The notes beneath the pieces are model-generated. The model did no database searches, was not told where the DNA came from, and saw only the letters and a list, made by a program, of their open reading frames with translations. The translations under genes and the position numbers were made by a program. Source: Phoronis australis (lineage: Eukaryota > Animalia > Phoronida). Taken from it: DNA of 64,000 nt. Of the stretch, positions 62,874-64,000 are shown in pieces. Each line of letters opens with the position of its first letter. The stretch's first letter is position 1. Location: positions 897,534 through 961,533 of the forward strand of contig NMRA01000030.1 in NCBI GenBank assembly GCA_002633005.1, given 5' to 3'.

Positions 62874-64000
62874 CTAGAAAGGTCAAGTTAATATTAATGT
62901 TCACAAATACAAGAAGAAAGAGACTTAAGGCAAAAAATGTCTAAGTTAAGACCAAAATCCAGGCTAAGTTCAGACTGAAGACAAAACTTCAGAAAGTAAA
63001 TTTTGGCCATATACAAAAGCAAACAACATTTTCCCCACCAAATACAACTTCACAGAACCAAGTGAGGCAATGTGTGAAATCCTAAAATATGAATTTATGT
63101 ACATTTGGAGTCACAAGTACCATTAGAATCTTGTTTACTTGAGATGACCATGCAGTGGCTGTAAAATGTCATATAAGATGTCGCTCTGCATCATCTCCAC
63201 GATGCTTGGATGACTTTCAGATCGAAAGCAAACAATCTTCGATTTGGCATTGCTTGTGGCCATTAGATTGTAAAACATACTTGAGAAAAAATCCACATTT
63301 TCGTTCCTCAACAGTTTACACTGATGGCAGTAAATCTAAGCTAACTTGGCTCACACAGATTTTGGTCTCAATTTTGTGGTCGTAAGAAATTCCATAAAAT
63401 AAGGCAAAGGCAGATTGGTCTTACCATAGCTTGATAATGTTCTTAACTTGGAAATTCAATGAAACAGGATCCAGATGCTACTGTGCAAAATGGATTCACG
63501 TAAAATTACAAAAGTGAGTACTACTAACATAAAATATCAAAACACAACATCAATTTTCTTAAGTTATAGTTAGGGTTCCAAAGCATGTCTCTAACTTTCA
63601 GGAGCACATTGACCGCTTTAATGTCTGTTTCTGTGATTTGATTTGAAAGCGACTGATAGGGGGAATCTCCATCTAAAGTGGCAAAAACACAACAGTAGAA
63701 CCAAGGAGTGTAGTAGTATAGGAGAGTTCACTTGTGAGTTCGCTGTTACCGCTACTACTAGCGCCTCCAAGTGGTGAACAAGCTACGGTCAACCAGGAAG
63801 CGCCAAAACAATGGGGACGGACGCATTTTGCAGTGCGATAAATTGCATGAATTGATCCACGAAAACCCCACACGTGTCATTTTGTAGGTTTCCTAAGGAT
63901 CCAGAAAGGTAAGGATTATCTGTTATTCAATAATATGATACATTGTCTTTCATTTTGTGTGTTCTGTTCACGGTTGTTAGACAAGTCGATCGCAGTCCCG

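Overview
Animal genomic DNA with spliceosomal introns, AT-rich and dense in repeats. It is probably a lophotrochozoan such as a mollusc, which is an inference and not established. I assembled three protein-coding genes by hand from GT-AG junctions. (1) + strand: the 3' part of an R7-family RGS gene (RGS6/RGS7/egl-10-like; DEP-DHEX-GGL-RGS), 11 exons at 715-12143, with two possible C-termini and a ~2.7 kb 3' UTR. (2) - strand: a complete 3-exon rhodopsin-class peptide-receptor-like GPCR at 32598-25184 (1404 aa), whose last exon adds a ~1065-aa low-complexity cytoplasmic tail. (3) - strand: the last four coding exons of a SETD3 (actin-histidine methyltransferase) orthologue at 62873-55541. The rest is non-coding. 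It holds many minisatellites (three start at splice donors), hAT-like MITEs with 5-, 6- and 8-bp target duplications, and a decayed Academ-like (XPG-domain) transposon nested in a MITE nested in a tandem repeat just downstream of the SETD3 stop. It also holds a Helentron/HINE-like satellite array carrying about nine CTCF-like motifs between the two convergent genes, a tRNA-derived SINE, and Penelope-type inverted repeats carrying minimal hammerhead-ribozyme motifs. Most short ORFs in the supplied track are spurious. No database searches were run; family assignments come from recognised motifs.
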